Counted from the first letter of the stretch, positions 40,798 to 52,890 are shown. The stretch is DNA of 64,000 nt from Microcoleus sp. (GCA_042408215.1 JAYFMW010000030.1:256001-320000), one strand, 5' to 3'. Numbers and translations are program-made. The notes: generated by a model from the letters alone, not told the origin.

Positions 40798-42729
40798 CTA
40801 GCGTTGTGTCTGTCCCAGCTTATGCCTAAGCTGTATTCGCTCCAAGCGATTCAGAATGCGAGCAATTAATTCTGGTTCCACAATTGGCTTATTGATGTAA
40901 TCGTCAGCACCTGCGACAAACATTTGGCGCACTATTTCCGACTCTGAATGAGCCGTCAAAAATAGCACTGGGAGCTGGCTCCAGTGCAAGTCGTTGCGTA
41001 CTGCCAAACACAGTTCGATACCGCTATAACCGGGCATCTCGACATCTAAAATTAGCAAATCTGGGCTTGTGGTTTCGAGTACCTCCCAGAAATTTTGAGG
41101 ATCATCCAATGTTGTTATTTGAAATCCCCAAGGTTGCAGAATCATTTTCAGTGTCGCCAATAGGTGCACGTCGTCATCTACTACCATAACTTTAGCTTCT
41201 GCTGCACTCGTCTGGTCGATCGCCAGAGCGACTGCTTTAAGTATATCGACTGGGGGGATGGATTTTGATAAAAAGCCAGAAGTTCCCAAACGAGCAACTT
41301 CTATGCGATGGCTCAATAGGTTCTGTTCGCTAACCACCATCACCGGAATTTCTGGTTTTTGGCGGCGGATTTCGGCGAGGAAGGCCAGTCTATTTTCCTT
41401 GGTTTCGGGAGAACTAAAATCCAGCAAAATCGCGTCGGGAGGCTGTTGAAAAATCAGATTTCTTGCCAATTGTAGGGAGTTTGCTAATTCTACGCGCAAT
41501 CCCCAATCAGATGCTTCGATTTTGATGCGATCGCTCAGCAAATTGTCATCATCAATGATTAAAAGTCGGCGATACTCTGCCACCCCATAAACAGCCTCAT
41601 TATCAGATTCTGCTGGCGGGCGATCGAAGATATGTTGTAGCAAATTAACTAATACCTCAATTTGCTGAGCCGCCCCTGAGTTCAAGATGTTTTCTACCTT
41701 GAATAAATGTTCGAGCTGGCGCGCTACTTCCGAACCTTTCGGCAACCCTAAAGTTCCCAAAGAACCGACTAATTTGTGAGCTTTATCCTGCGCTTCCTGT
41801 CGCAGTTTGTTGTCCAAGGTTCCTATTTCTAGGCTAGCGATCGCCCGCTCGAATATCTCCACCTTTTCTGTAAAAGTTGCCTGGAACTTTGCCCGAATTT
41901 CAGCAACCACACTCAGGACTTTGGTGCGCGCCAGATTTTTGTCAACTTCCTCTGTGGGCTGGCTGGATTCAGCAGATAAAGTCCCTTGACTTTTAGCGCT
42001 TTCTGTGGCGATCTGGGAATTTTTTTGATTGTCAATTTCCTCCGGCAGACTTTTCAGCCGATAGCCCAATCCGTACACCGTTTCAACTAAATCTACATTC
42101 ATCCCAGCCGCTTTCAGCTTCTGCCGCAGCCCCTTAATATGAGCGGTGACGGCTTCCTCCTGGGGAAATTCACCGGCAGACCAAATGCGATCGAGTATGG
42201 CGCTGCGGCTGAATATACGCCGGGGATTTCTGAGGAAAAGTTCGAGGAGATTGTACTCTTTTGGAGTCAGGTGCAGGACTTTTTCTCCGTAAATTACTTC
42301 CGTAGTATCCGGGTTGACTTGCAGTTTTTCCCAGGTCAAATTTGTACTCGACAAAGTAGCGCTACCCCGTCGCAACAAAGCCCGAATTCGAGCGATTAAT
42401 TCCGGCACGTTAAAGGGCTTGACTACATAATCGTCTGCACCCGCTTCTAAACCTTGGACTCGATCCCTGATGCTGTCTAGGGCTGTTACCAGTAAAATCG
42501 GCATTTGGCTGCCGCCCGATCGCAATAGGCGACACAAAGTAATACCGTCGAGTTTAGGAAGCATCACATCTAGAAGAATCAGGTCATAATCGTAGGTCTG
42601 CGCCAACTGCAAGGCTGTTTCACCATCTGCTGCCGTATTCACAGTATAATTGTGAGCGTTCAGGGATCGTGTCAGCAGATTAATTGTAATTTGGTCATCT
42701 TCTACTACCAAGATTTTCATATGCGTCAT
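40798..42729 (-). CDS. Multidomain response regulator (REC, winged helix, Hpt, REC, REC; RcaC-like architecture)
   Basis: LVVEDD/LLDVMLP, LTPKEY...VYGLGYRL, AHKLVGSLG and two further receiver domains. Confidence 0.9.
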   Translation of the reverse strand: MTHMKILVVEDDQITINLLTRSLNAHNYTVNTAADGETALQLAQTYDYDLILLDVMLPKLDGITLCRLLRSGGSQMPILLVTALDSIRDRVQGLEAGADDYVVKPFNVPELIARIRALLRRGSATLSSTNLTWEKLQVNPDTTEVIYGEKVLHLTPKEYNLLELFLRNPRRIFSRSAILDRIWSAGEFPQEEAVTAHIKGLRQKLKAAGMNVDLVETVYGLGYRLKSLPEEIDNQKNSQIATESAKSQGTLSAESSQPTEEVDKNLARTKVLSVVAEIRAKFQATFTEKVEIFERAIASLEIGTLDNKLRQEAQDKAHKLVGSLGTLGLPKGSEVARQLEHLFKVENILNSGAAQQIEVLVNLLQHIFDRPPAESDNEAVYGVAEYRRLLIIDDDNLLSDRIKIEASDWGLRVELANSLQLARNLIFQQPPDAILLDFSSPETKENRLAFLAEIRRQKPEIPVMVVSEQNLLSHRIEVARLGTSGFLSKSIPPVDILKAVALAIDQTSAAEAKVMVVDDDVHLLATLKMILQPWGFQITTLDDPQNFWEVLETTSPDLLILDVEMPGYSGIELCLAVRNDLHWSQLPVLFLTAHSESEIVRQMFVAGADDYINKPIVEPELIARILNRLERIQLRHKLGQTQR

Positions 42730-42903
42730 TTGTTAATTCAGCCGTTTTTTTTTGTCTGTCTATAGGGATTTTGGAGGAAATAAAATAGCCTCTTTTATGC
42801 TCCTTATTCGCCAGTTTGAAAACCTTTGTGAAACAGAATTAATGCGATGGGGCGCTGGGGCGATATTGCCCAAGCGTACCTGATTTAACCCAGAAGTGCT
42901 AGC

Positions 42904-44187
42904 TCATTTTTTGTGCTTCAGGGTTTGTTGAATTTTTTCAATTAAATATTGCGATGAATCCTGCTGTTTTACGAGATTTTCCAACTCTGAAACTGCCACT
43001 TCTGCCTGCTTTATTTCTTTGGCGAAATAATCCGCAGTGGCAGTTTGTTTACTGCCAAACTGTTCTGTCATTCCGAGGTTTGGCTTGAAATCTTTGTCAG
43101 CTATTAATGCCTCCAATTCTAACAGCGCCATCTGGGCCGGCTCGATTTTTTGTGTCACGGATTTGGCTACATGAGCACCTCCTCTTGCTGCTTCCGTTAG
43201 TTCGTGAACGTGAAGTTTAAACCTGCTGGCTATTTGCTCCATTTGAGTCCCCAGTTCAAAAGTTTTACTCGCCAATCTCGCAATTTCCAGACTCACTTGA
43301 CTCAAACCGCTGGGTGGATTTCCTAATTGATTGGTAACTACTGCGACCTGTACGGCTAAATGCCTAACTTGTTCGATCGCTTCGCCGATGGTTCTGGAAG
43401 TGCGGTTAACCGTTTCCAAATCCTTAGCTATTGCTTTACCAACCCCTAAAATTCTCTCGGTATTATTGCAAATAGAATTAGCGCCCTGAAAAGTAGCTTG
43501 AAATGCGAGGCGACTTTCCGAGGAAATCAGCTTAGCAATCCGCACAAATCGCTGATTTAGTTGAGCAATTTCTTGAGCTTGTTTGGCGAGTGTGGCTTCC
43601 TGGGGGCTGGGAATATTATTCAACTTTTCGGCGAGGCGCTGCTTTGACTCTAACAACTGGCTGCATTGTTGCAATTTTGCTTGTTCTTGTTGAATTAGAG
43701 CGATAGATTTTTTTTTGTCTGTGCGATATTTTTGAATAATCTTGTTAGCTTGTGCTAAAATTTTCGATTGCGCCATCAGCAGAGTATGAAAGTCCAAAAG
43801 GCGGAGGCTCTGGTTTTCCATTACTACAATAATTGGTTCGTAGATCAGGTCTTTATGCCTGTTGAGAGCTGCTTGTACGGCCGCGTCTATTTTCCAGTTT
43901 TCCGAAAGCTGCAAAGGGGGAGTTCTCAGAAAATCTAAAAGCGCTCGAATCGGCTGCTGCCAATAAAGATCGACGCGATCGGGAAGAATCATTTGCTCTC
44001 GGAATTTGACGCGAGAAATCATGCCCAAAACCTGGGATTCGTGAGTAATAATGACACCAGGCAGATCGGGTTCTTGCCCAAATTTTTGGGCGACGACTTT
44101 TCCGGGAGTTGTAGAACTCACGCTGAAGTGGTGAGATGCCAGATGTCCGATTGTGAAATCGGGGGCGAGGTGAGTTGGATTGCTCAT
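42904..44187 (-). CDS. Soluble protein with CBS-like N-terminus and MCP-like coiled coil
   Basis: LPGVII...GMISR and YEPIIVV CBS-like motifs, QVRHLAVQVAVV...EIARLA similar to an MCP tip. Confidence 0.6.
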   Translation of the reverse strand: MSNPTHLAPDFTIGHLASHHFSVSSTTPGKVVAQKFGQEPDLPGVIITHESQVLGMISRVKFREQMILPDRVDLYWQQPIRALLDFLRTPPLQLSENWKIDAAVQAALNRHKDLIYEPIIVVMENQSLRLLDFHTLLMAQSKILAQANKIIQKYRTDKKKSIALIQQEQAKLQQCSQLLESKQRLAEKLNNIPSPQEATLAKQAQEIAQLNQRFVRIAKLISSESRLAFQATFQGANSICNNTERILGVGKAIAKDLETVNRTSRTIGEAIEQVRHLAVQVAVVTNQLGNPPSGLSQVSLEIARLASKTFELGTQMEQIASRFKLHVHELTEAARGGAHVAKSVTQKIEPAQMALLELEALIADKDFKPNLGMTEQFGSKQTATADYFAKEIKQAEVAVSELENLVKQQDSSQYLIEKIQQTLKHKK

Positions 44188-44602
44188 TTACCCTGTTAGT
44201 GTTAAGGAGAAGTTAACAAATTATACATTGACATTATACCGGAATAAGATAGTTTAAATTAATCACAACTCTCAGGAAACATCAGTTCTCTTGCCCGTCC
44301 CCCTTGCCTTGCCTCCCTTGCCTCTGTTGGCTCCGTTCTGACCATCAAGCAATTTGGTCTCCTGCACCCAGATCGTAGTCGTGGAGACAGGGAAAAGCTC
44401 TGCATCGTTCCTAAGCCTGGCGAACGGCATCAGCCTTTTGAGTCATTCTCAAATCTCCAATCTCCAATCTCCAATCTCCAATCGGCTGACTATTTTAATC
44501 TCAAGTCTCAAGGAGCGCCCGCGCCTGCTGGACACCTGGTTACATCCCAAAAATACAGGTTTTGATGTCTTGTTCTTGAAAACAACGGGGAAAATACTTA
44601 GA

Positions 44603-47155
44603 TTGAAACCAAAAACTTTAGATCGGACTTTACCTCTCGCCACCTTTGAGGCTGTTTACCATTTGTTGCGGCAAATGGCTGAACTCCCAGGGGCGATTTG
44701 GCTGGCTTCGGAGTCGATCGCTTTTGTGGAAAATATGGGAGAAAGCCCGTCAGAAAGGTTTGCCGTAGTGGTGTCCGATCGGTTTAGCGCGCTGCTGCGG
44801 GGCAAGCCATTATATGAGTTGGGAACAAACCAGCACCAAGAAAGTGAAAAAAATCATAATTTTCAATTGAATGTGGAATTGACTTTCGAGCCTGGGGCGA
44901 TCGCAATTTTCCTCTCCACCCTAGCCGACAAACTCGCAGAAATAAGGCCCCCATCTTCACTACCAATTGAGATAATCGCCCTCAAAGGAGCGATGCAAAA
45001 TATACAGCCCAATTCGGTAACAGTTCAAAGCGAATTTACCCTAAGTTTGCTGGAAATTTTGGCAGTTGAAGACAGTCCAAAAAGTCCACAGCCCGTCGCC
45101 GATCTTAAAACAAGAATTGGGTCACACCTCGTCGCAAAAATAATTGCTTCGGAAACCGGAGAACGCCATAGTAAAGAATCAGTTTCTCACTGGCAAATTC
45201 CCACTTCCTGTCTTCCATTCTGTCAGCCTGTGGAAGATGCTTTGCAACAGCAACTCGCACAGGAGCGACTTTTGAATCAGGTGACGACTCAGATCCGCAC
45301 AAGTTTGGAGTTGCCTGTAATTTTGTCAAAAGCAGTCGAGCAAGTGCGAGAGTTCTTGGATGTCGATCGCCTGTTGATTTATCAATTTGAAAAATTGCCA
45401 GTATCGGCTCAGGGCGAGTTAAGAAAAGGAAGCTTGGCATCGCTTTCTCAGTCTGAGGAAATCCCAGAAAATCCGGGCAATTCCCTGTATTTAGGTCGCG
45501 TTACTTACGAAGCTTTAGCCAGCAATGCTATCTCGTCTGTACTGAATTTTACAGAAGGCGCGCAATGTTTGCCGCAGGGAGTCATGGAGCGAGAAAAATA
45601 TCGCAAAGGTTTGACTTTTGCGATCGCGGATGTGGAAAAAACTTACTCTTCGCAGCCCTGTTTTTTAGAGTTGATGCGGCGGGCGAAGGTGCGGGCTAAG
45701 TTAGTAGTCCCGATCGTAGTTCAAGAGGAATTGTGGGGGCTGCTAATTGCCCACCACTCTACTTGTCGGGAGTGGGAAGAAAGCAAAAAAACTTTTTTGC
45801 GGCAAATAGCAGAACATTTGGCGATCGCAATTTACCAAGCCGAACTTTATGCAGAAGTCCAGCAGCAAAAGCGCACCTTAGAACAGCGGGTAATTGAGGG
45901 CACGCGAGAACTTCGCGACGCCCTCGGCGCCGCCCAGTCAGCAAGCCTCGCCAAGAGCGAATTTTTGGCAGCTATGAGTCACGAATTGCGGACTCCCCTC
46001 ACCTGCGTAATCGGCATTTCCGACACGCTGCTGCGCTGGTCTTACGGCAAAGTTGGCAGTAAAGAAGTGCCGCTCGAAAAGCAGCGGAAGTACCTGCAAA
46101 CTATTCGCGATAGTGGCGATCATTTGTTAGAATTAATTAACGATATTTTGGATTTATCCCAAGTAGAAGCCGGAAAAGCAGTCTTAAAAATTAGCGAATT
46201 TTCCCTCTCTAAATTAGCGTCTCAAAGTCTGCACGCCCTCAAGGAAAAAGCTATTGCTAAAGGGGTGGAACTGCTCCAAGAACAGCGGATTAATCAAGAG
46301 TGCGATCGCTTCACCGCTGACCCGCGCCGCATCAGACAAATTCTCTTCAATCTTTTAGGAAATGCCATCAAATTTACTCCCGAAGGCGGGCGAGTCATCC
46401 TGCGAGTTTGGGTAACAGAAGATCAAACTCGAACCCCGATAGTGCGGCAGCCCGGTACTACATCCGCAGGAAGTATCGCTATTTTTCAAATCAAAGATAC
46501 GGGGATTGGAATTCGCGAAGATCAGCGATCGCTCTTGTTTCAAAAATTTCAGCAATTGGATTCCCCGTACCGTCGCGAATACGGCGGCACCGGTTTGGGA
46601 CTAGCATTAACTAAACAGTTAGTAGAACTCCACGGCGGCGCGATCGAAGTCAACTCTACAGTTGATGTCGGCTCTACTTTTACAGTTTTTATACCAATGC
46701 AAAATCTGCTCAAAGATGAATCCTCAAAATTTAAATATGAAAAATCAAATTCATCTTTGCCGCTGCATTCTTCCTCCTTGCGAGGTAGCCTCGTCCTGGT
46801 CGAAGAAGATGAAGAAACTGCTATGGTAATTTGCGATCTATTGACAGCAGCAGGACTTCAGGTGGTGTGGATGATTGAAGGTTCGGCGGCGGTCGAACAA
46901 ATTGAACTTTTGCAGCCTAATGCTGTGATTGTCGATATGCATTTACCGGGGATGAATGGCGGAGAAATAATTCAACAACTCCGCCAAAAAATAGCTACTC
47001 AAAATCTAAAAATTTTGGCTTTAACAGCTAATAAAATTTCAGCAGATCAAATATCTGTCGCGACGGGAGGAGCCCACGATTGTTTGGCAAAACCGATTCA
47101 CCCGCAGCAATTGCTCGACAAAATTATTGCTTTAATGGCTAATGGGAATGGGTAA
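44603..47155 (+). CDS. cikA: CikA-like GAF hybrid histidine kinase
   Basis: GAF domain ([19 protein letters not shown]), [19 protein letters not shown] and a C-terminal receiver-like domain. Start uncertain. Confidence 0.8.
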   Translation: MKPKTLDRTLPLATFEAVYHLLRQMAELPGAIWLASESIAFVENMGESPSERFAVVVSDRFSALLRGKPLYELGTNQHQESEKNHNFQLNVELTFEPGAIAIFLSTLADKLAEIRPPSSLPIEIIALKGAMQNIQPNSVTVQSEFTLSLLEILAVEDSPKSPQPVADLKTRIGSHLVAKIIASETGERHSKESVSHWQIPTSCLPFCQPVEDALQQQLAQERLLNQVTTQIRTSLELPVILSKAVEQVREFLDVDRLLIYQFEKLPVSAQGELRKGSLASLSQSEEIPENPGNSLYLGRVTYEALASNAISSVLNFTEGAQCLPQGVMEREKYRKGLTFAIADVEKTYSSQPCFLELMRRAKVRAKLVVPIVVQEELWGLLIAHHSTCREWEESKKTFLRQIAEHLAIAIYQAELYAEVQQQKRTLEQRVIEGTRELRDALGAAQSASLAKSEFLAAMSHELRTPLTCVIGISDTLLRWSYGKVGSKEVPLEKQRKYLQTIRDSGDHLLELINDILDLSQVEAGKAVLKISEFSLSKLASQSLHALKEKAIAKGVELLQEQRINQECDRFTADPRRIRQILFNLLGNAIKFTPEGGRVILRVWVTEDQTRTPIVRQPGTTSAGSIAIFQIKDTGIGIREDQRSLLFQKFQQLDSPYRREYGGTGLGLALTKQLVELHGGAIEVNSTVDVGSTFTVFIPMQNLLKDESSKFKYEKSNSSLPLHSSSLRGSLVLVEEDEETAMVICDLLTAAGLQVVWMIEGSAAVEQIELLQPNAVIVDMHLPGMNGGEIIQQLRQKIATQNLKILALTANKISADQISVATGGAHDCLAKPIHPQQLLDKIIALMANGNG

Positions 47156-47243
47156 TTGGGAATGGGTAATTGGGAATGGGTAATTGGGAATGGGTAATTG
47201 GGAATGGGTAATTGGGAATGGGTAATTGGGAATGGGTAATTGG
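47142..47243. repeat. (GGGAATGGGTAATT)n array that includes the cikA stop codon
   Basis: Directly visible. Confidence 0.9.
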
Positions 47244-47274
47244 TTATTCGCGCAGATTCTCAAACAGGTAATCA

Positions 47275-47411
47275 TATCAATTCCGGTTGCACGAGCGACA
47301 TGATATAGAGGACACGGCAGTGCCGTGTCCCTACCGTGATTAATTGTAGGGACACGACTGTCTTGTCCCTGGCTGTGAGTAATATTAATTCCGATGCTAC
47401 TGGATTTGATA
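47275..47411. mobile_element. 137-bp MITE, TCA duplication, inverted homolog of 22938-23074
   Basis: TATCAATTCCGG / CTGGATTTGATA ends with internal GTAGGGAC palindromes. Confidence 0.85.
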
Positions 47412-47425
47412 TCAAAAGTTATTAA

Positions 47426-47480
47426 TTGTAATATATTTGTTGTAATATATTTGTTGTAATATATTTGTTGTAATATATTT
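47426..47480. repeat. Four copies of the 14-mer TTGTAATATATTTG upstream of nanE
   Basis: Directly visible. Confidence 0.9.
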
Positions 47481-47654
47481 AATTTATAGGTGAGTTGATA
47501 TATGCTGTCATCTAAAATATTGTATAAAAGATTAGCCCAAAACCACAGATGTATTAATTCCCAATGCCCGATGCCCGATCCCCGATGCCCAATTCCCAAT
47601 TCCCAATTCCCGATGCCCAATTCCCAATTCCCAATTCCCAATTCCTAATTCTTT

Positions 47655-48329
47655 ATGATTAATTGTCAAATTCCTACAGGATTAATTGTTTCTTGTCAAG
47701 CACCTACTGACTCGCCGCTGCACGATCCGATCGTCATTGCTGCAATGGCTCGATCGGCTGTCAATCGAGGAGCCGCAGGGGTGCGAATTGATACTCCCAC
47801 GCACATTGCGGCAGTGCGAAAACAGATATCCGCCCCCATAATTGGGATTTGGAAGCAGCAATTGCCGGGATGCGAGATTTACATTACTCCTCGGTTTGAA
47901 GACGCGCGGGCGATCGCCGATTCTGGATCTGATATCATCGCTATTGACGCTACTCTCAGAAACCGTCCCGTAGCAGAACCAGATTTAAAGACATTAATTG
48001 CCCGAATTCACAACGAATTGGGCAAATTAGTCATGGCAGATGTAGATACAATAGAAGCTGCGATCGCGGCGGCAGAAGCTGGTGCAGATACGGTGGGAAC
48101 TACTCTTTTTGGATACACTGTCGAGACGCAAAATCTACGTCCACCCGGATTTGAATTGCTTGCTCAAATGGTGGAAAAACTCAAGGTTCCAGTTATCTGT
48201 GAAGGTGGCATAGCTAGCCCCGAAATGGCGAAAAAAGCATTAGATTTAGGAGCGACTGCTGTGGTGGTTGGCGCCGATATTACTGGAATTGATATCAAGG
48301 TGGCAGCATATATAGCCTTTCTCAGGTAA
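47655..48329 (+). CDS. nanE: N-acetylmannosamine-6-phosphate 2-epimerase
   Basis: [26 protein letters not shown] and EGGI motifs. Confidence 0.93.
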   Translation: MINCQIPTGLIVSCQAPTDSPLHDPIVIAAMARSAVNRGAAGVRIDTPTHIAAVRKQISAPIIGIWKQQLPGCEIYITPRFEDARAIADSGSDIIAIDATLRNRPVAEPDLKTLIARIHNELGKLVMADVDTIEAAIAAAEAGADTVGTTLFGYTVETQNLRPPGFELLAQMVEKLKVPVICEGGIASPEMAKKALDLGATAVVVGADITGIDIKVAAYIAFLR

Positions 48330-48371
48330 ATCAAGTGCTCATGGGCTTAGGGCCTAGGGCCTAGGGCCTAG

Positions 48372-48533
48372 GGCGTGTTTTCAAACTACTGATTATGAAC
48401 CGAATCTCTCGAAGATCCCCCTCGCATCCCCCTTAAAAAGGGAGTAGGGTGTGAGTAGGAGTTGACGAAAGAGACTCTTTCTCCCCCCTTGTTAAGGGGG
48501 GCCGGGGGGGATCTTAGAGTTTGAAAACACGCC
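48372..48533. mobile_element. MITE with perfect GGCGTGTTTTCAAACT ends flanked by CTAG, inserted in a (GGGCCTA)n array
   Basis: CTAG at 48368-48371 and 48534-48537. Confidence 0.85.
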
Positions 48534-48742
48534 CTAGGGCCTGGTCGGACAAAAGTATGATAACTATGTTTTGTGACTTTTAAACTTATCTTAATCTCAA
48601 AAAAACCCTGATTCCTTTGTCGATCGCCAGAATCTGTGTCTGATTTACTCTGTCTAGGGATAATTTATCGGTCATCGGTGAATTTTCCCGGATGGGAACC
48701 GCTTCAACCTGTTAGTTGAAAAAACAGAGTAGATTTAGTAAT

Positions 48743-50554
48743 ATGGCTAGTGACTTTTCTTTTAAATCTCAAGTCAAATTAGACAAAAATGGCTTGGATA
48801 ATACTGCACAGCGCCGCAGTCGATCGCTCCAAGTCATGGTTTTTATGCTGATAGTCACTACCTTAGTCACATTGCCCCTATTTCGTCTAGCCGAACTGCA
48901 ACTGGTACAGGGAGCTTATAACCGACAACGGGCAGAAAATAACCGGATTCGCCCAGTTTCAGTAGCAGCGAACCGCGGTCAAATTGTAGACCGGGGAAAC
49001 AAAATTTTGGCGGCCAACCGCAGCTCTCGATCGGTATATTTGTGGCCAAAAGAGCGATCGGCCCAGGAGTGGCAAAAAGCCGCCGCTACCCTCAGCCCCA
49101 TAGTAAACATCCCTGCCGCCGAAATTGTCAAAAAGATCGACCAGGCAGGCTATAAATCCGCCCTACCAGTGCGAATTAGTAAGGATATAGATGTTGGTAC
49201 TTTCGTCGCTTTGAAAGAACAAGCTAACACTTTGCGGGGAGTAGAAATTCGCGTAGAATCGAATCGCGACTATCCTAATCAGCAATTAGCATCCCATCTT
49301 TTGGGATACGTCGGTGAAGCTAGTTTAGATGAATTAAAAGCTAAGCCTGAATATCCGATGGGAATGATCGTCGGTAAAATGGGAGTTGAAAAATTAGTTA
49401 ATCCCACTTTAGAGGGTGTTTGGGGAAGCCGTTTGATTGAGGTAAATGCTAAGGGCGAAGACATCCAAGATTTAGGTGAACAAGAGCCTATTCCCGGCAA
49501 GTCTGTGCAGCTAACTTTAGATTTAAATATGCAGAAAACTGCTGAAAAAGCTTTGGGTAATCGCCTGGGTGCTGTTGTGGCGATCGATGTCAAAACCGGC
49601 GCTCTTTTAACAATGGCTAGTTGGCCGACATTTGACCCAAATATTTTCACCCGCAGGGTAAGTCAAAAAGAATGGGATCGGCTGCAAGGGCCAGAAAAAC
49701 CATTTTTAAATCGGGCTGTTCAAGGTTATCCAGTCGGTAGCACTTTTAAAATTGTCACTGCTATAGCGGGGATGGAGTCGGGTAAGTTTTCTCCTAGTTC
49801 GACTTTGGTAAGTTCTGCTTCAATTAACATCGGCGGAATTACCTTTAACGAACACAGCGCCGGTTACGGCGCGATCGGTTTCCGCGATGCTTTAGCCTAC
49901 AGCAGCAATACGTTTTTCTATCAAGTAGGCATGGCTGCGGGGCCGGAACAAATGTCGAAATGGGCTAAGGAAATGGGGATTGGCGGCAGTATTAATTTAG
50001 GTCTTTTGGGGTTGGATGCGGCCAATCACGGTCAAGTTCCGACACCGGCAATGAAAAAGAAAATGTATGGGGAAGATTGGTATGTGGCCGATACAGTAAC
50101 AATGGCGATCGGTCAGGGTTTGGTACTTTGTACTCCCTTAGAATTGGCTGTGATGGTGTCAACTGTTGCTAATGGCGGTTATCGAGTTCAGCCGCATTTA
50201 TTGGCTTCTCAAACCAACACTCCTATTACCAAAAAAGTTCCCACAGGTATTAAGCCTGCAACTTTGAATGTCGTTCGCCAAGGATTGATTGACGTGGTGC
50301 TAAAAGGTACTGGCAGAGCCATGAATGATGGTACTATTCCTTTGAGTGGTGGCAAAACTGGGACGGTGGAAATGCCCGGCCATGCGGACAATTCTATGTA
50401 TGTGGGTTTTGCTCCTGCTGACAAACCGGAAGTGGCGATCGCAGTTATAGTTGAAGGCGGCGGATTTGGTGCTGTCTCGGCGGCACCAATTGCTCAGGAG
50501 GTATTCCGAACTTATTTCCAAAAGCAGGGTTTTAAACCTACTAAGAAGCCTTAA
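48743..50554 (+). CDS. mrdA: Penicillin-binding protein 2
   Basis: Dimerisation domain, GSTFK (SxxK), SSN (SxN) and KTG motifs. Confidence 0.93.
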   Translation: MASDFSFKSQVKLDKNGLDNTAQRRSRSLQVMVFMLIVTTLVTLPLFRLAELQLVQGAYNRQRAENNRIRPVSVAANRGQIVDRGNKILAANRSSRSVYLWPKERSAQEWQKAAATLSPIVNIPAAEIVKKIDQAGYKSALPVRISKDIDVGTFVALKEQANTLRGVEIRVESNRDYPNQQLASHLLGYVGEASLDELKAKPEYPMGMIVGKMGVEKLVNPTLEGVWGSRLIEVNAKGEDIQDLGEQEPIPGKSVQLTLDLNMQKTAEKALGNRLGAVVAIDVKTGALLTMASWPTFDPNIFTRRVSQKEWDRLQGPEKPFLNRAVQGYPVGSTFKIVTAIAGMESGKFSPSSTLVSSASINIGGITFNEHSAGYGAIGFRDALAYSSNTFFYQVGMAAGPEQMSKWAKEMGIGGSINLGLLGLDAANHGQVPTPAMKKKMYGEDWYVADTVTMAIGQGLVLCTPLELAVMVSTVANGGYRVQPHLLASQTNTPITKKVPTGIKPATLNVVRQGLIDVVLKGTGRAMNDGTIPLSGGKTGTVEMPGHADNSMYVGFAPADKPEVAIAVIVEGGGFGAVSAAPIAQEVFRTYFQKQGFKPTKKP

Positions 50555-50848
50555 TAGTCAGGAGTGAGTTGTTATTGGTTACTTGTTATTGGTTACTTGT
50601 TATTGGTTACTTGTTATTGGTTCGTGGTTGTTAGGTGTTATTGGTTACTGGTTGCATCGGAATAATATATTTGGATGATGTTAGTGCGAGCGGGACGCTC
50701 GCTACCCAAATCGCGAGGGTCCCGCTCGCACTACATAATTCCGATGCCACCAGATTTGATATTATTGGTTACTCGTTGATTGTTACCAATAACCAATAAC
50801 TAATAACCAATAACTAATAACCAATCACTACTAACCAATCACTACTAA

Positions 50849-51655
50849 CTAATTTCCAGTTCTATCCAAAATTATCATTTCCGAACCAATCACCGGACTT
50901 CTAGCTATTAGTTTTCCTTCCAGATTCAGAACTTCTAACTTACTAAAATCTAGTAAATTAGCTTCTTTAAACATTTGATTTACTAGCTGATTTTGCTCTG
51001 CTTCGCTGAGTCGGTACCAATCTTCAGCTAATTTCACTGTCAAAATGCTGCTGGAAAAATTAGCTTCAAACGACTTAACTAAACCGCCGCCAAGTCGATT
51101 CGTAATGTCAGCAACTTGATTTTGAATCCCAGCAATCAGAGACTGTTCCGGTGTCAGTGGTGGCGGCGAGGCAATTTCTACAGGTTTCGGTGCTGTCGGT
51201 GCTACTAAATCGGGTAAATTGCTTTTAAATTCGGTAGATTGTGGCGCTGAAGGTGAAACAATATCGGGCAAATTTGCCGGTGATTCGATCGCTATTTTAG
51301 CCGCTGGTTTTCCCGATAAAATATTCAGAGTTAAACCGACTGCAACGATCGCAATTGCTGCTATTGCTGCATTCAAAATTGGCTCGGATAGCTTCTGACT
51401 GAGGGATGCGGGCAAAATCGATCGCACTAGCTTCACAATACTTTGCCAAAGTAAACCGACTTTCTCTAAAAAACTGCCTTGAGTGCTTGTTGCTACAGAC
51501 TTACGATCGGATTTTACAGCAACTTTTGGTGTGGGAACGGCGTTAATTTCTGCTGCAACAGTTTCAGCAGTTGCAGACTTTGGGGCCGAGTCAATCTCCG
51601 GTGTTGGAGATTGAGACGGTTCTGGAGTTGGCTGGTTTGTTTGTTCTTCTGACAT
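50849..51655 (-). CDS. Hypothetical single-pass membrane protein
   Basis: Pro-rich linker, one TM helix, C-terminal LIARSPVIG motif. Confidence 0.7.
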   Translation of the reverse strand: MSEEQTNQPTPEPSQSPTPEIDSAPKSATAETVAAEINAVPTPKVAVKSDRKSVATSTQGSFLEKVGLLWQSIVKLVRSILPASLSQKLSEPILNAAIAAIAIVAVGLTLNILSGKPAAKIAIESPANLPDIVSPSAPQSTEFKSNLPDLVAPTAPKPVEIASPPPLTPEQSLIAGIQNQVADITNRLGGGLVKSFEANFSSSILTVKLAEDWYRLSEAEQNQLVNQMFKEANLLDFSKLEVLNLEGKLIARSPVIGSEMIILDRTGN

Positions 51656-51743
51656 TTTTTCTGCCTCTGGGCCTTGCAAATATACTTAAATGGGATTAAT
51701 TTTAGTTGAGTTATCTCTGTCTTAATTTATCATTTTATTAGTT

Positions 51744-52679
51744 ATGAGCATCAAACGTCGTCACTTTTTGATTTTAGGCAGTCTCAGCAGCTTAGGTTTG
51801 GCGGGAATCTGGAAAATGTTTCAGCTTCAGACTTCCTGGGGTACAGACGCCAATGCTGCTGTGCCTCCTGGTGTTGAGGGAGAAAGGGCGATCGCGCCTT
51901 TACCCACCACACCACCTATTTTACGCTTTATGGCGATCGCAGACACAGGTACCGGTGCCCAGGGTCAGTATGCTGTGGCTGAGGCGATGACGCAATATCA
52001 CAAGCAAAACCCTTTTAATCTGGCTATTCTCGCCGGCGACAATATCTATAATAACGGCGAAATTGATAAAATTAATGCTGTTTTTGAGCGCCCTTATCAG
52101 TCGTTATTGCAGCAAGGCGTAAAATTTTATGCTTGTCTGGGAAATCACGATATCCGTACAGCTAACGGCGACCCGCAAGTTAAATATCCGGGTTTTAATA
52201 TGCAAGGTCGCTACTACACTTTTCGGCGCGATGACCTACAGTTTTTTGCTTTAGATACTAATGATAATGCGGCTTGGAAAAATCAGCTAATTTGGCTGGA
52301 AAAAGAGTTGAGTCAAAGCACAGCACCTTGGAAAGTTGTGTTCGGTCATCATCAAATTTATTCTTCTGGTATATACGGATTGAATCAACCTTTTATTAAG
52401 ACTTTAACGCCGATGTTTCAAAAGTACGGCGTGCAGCTTTATATCAATGGACACGAGCACAGTTATGAACGAACTCGATCGATTAATGGCACGACTTATC
52501 TAATTTGTGGTGCTGGCGGCGGTACTCGTCCGGTGGGCCGTTCTGAATGGACGGAGTATTCTGCTAGTCGCTTGAGTTTTGCGACGTTTGATGTTTATGA
52601 AGACCGGATGTTTGTGAGTGCGATTGGTACTGACAAGCGGGTTTTTGACCGGGGAGTGATTCAAGTGCGATCGGCTTAA
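51744..52679 (+). CDS. Tat-exported metallophosphoesterase (calcineurin-like)
   Basis: KRRHFL Tat motif, DTG, GDNIY, GNHD and GHEH motifs. Confidence 0.92.
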   Translation: MSIKRRHFLILGSLSSLGLAGIWKMFQLQTSWGTDANAAVPPGVEGERAIAPLPTTPPILRFMAIADTGTGAQGQYAVAEAMTQYHKQNPFNLAILAGDNIYNNGEIDKINAVFERPYQSLLQQGVKFYACLGNHDIRTANGDPQVKYPGFNMQGRYYTFRRDDLQFFALDTNDNAAWKNQLIWLEKELSQSTAPWKVVFGHHQIYSSGIYGLNQPFIKTLTPMFQKYGVQLYINGHEHSYERTRSINGTTYLICGAGGGTRPVGRSEWTEYSASRLSFATFDVYEDRMFVSAIGTDKRVFDRGVIQVRSA

Positions 52680-52890
52680 TTCAGATTCTTTTTCCAGACA
52701 TATCAGATAAATAGAACTATGTCAAGCTGTCTTTGTTGGATATATTTAACTGCGACTTCATCTTAAATAAATTAGGACTTCACGGGTGGTCAGAAACCGG
52801 GTTTATTCGTAGATTTCTCGTTAATAATCTTAGATTTTTCAGAGAAACCCGGTTTCTTTGCGTAAGTCCTATAAATATCAGCATTACCTC

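Noticed and set aside
47132..47641. 169-aa ORF
   Set aside because: Assembled from heptamer arrays, a 14-mer repeat and a MITE.
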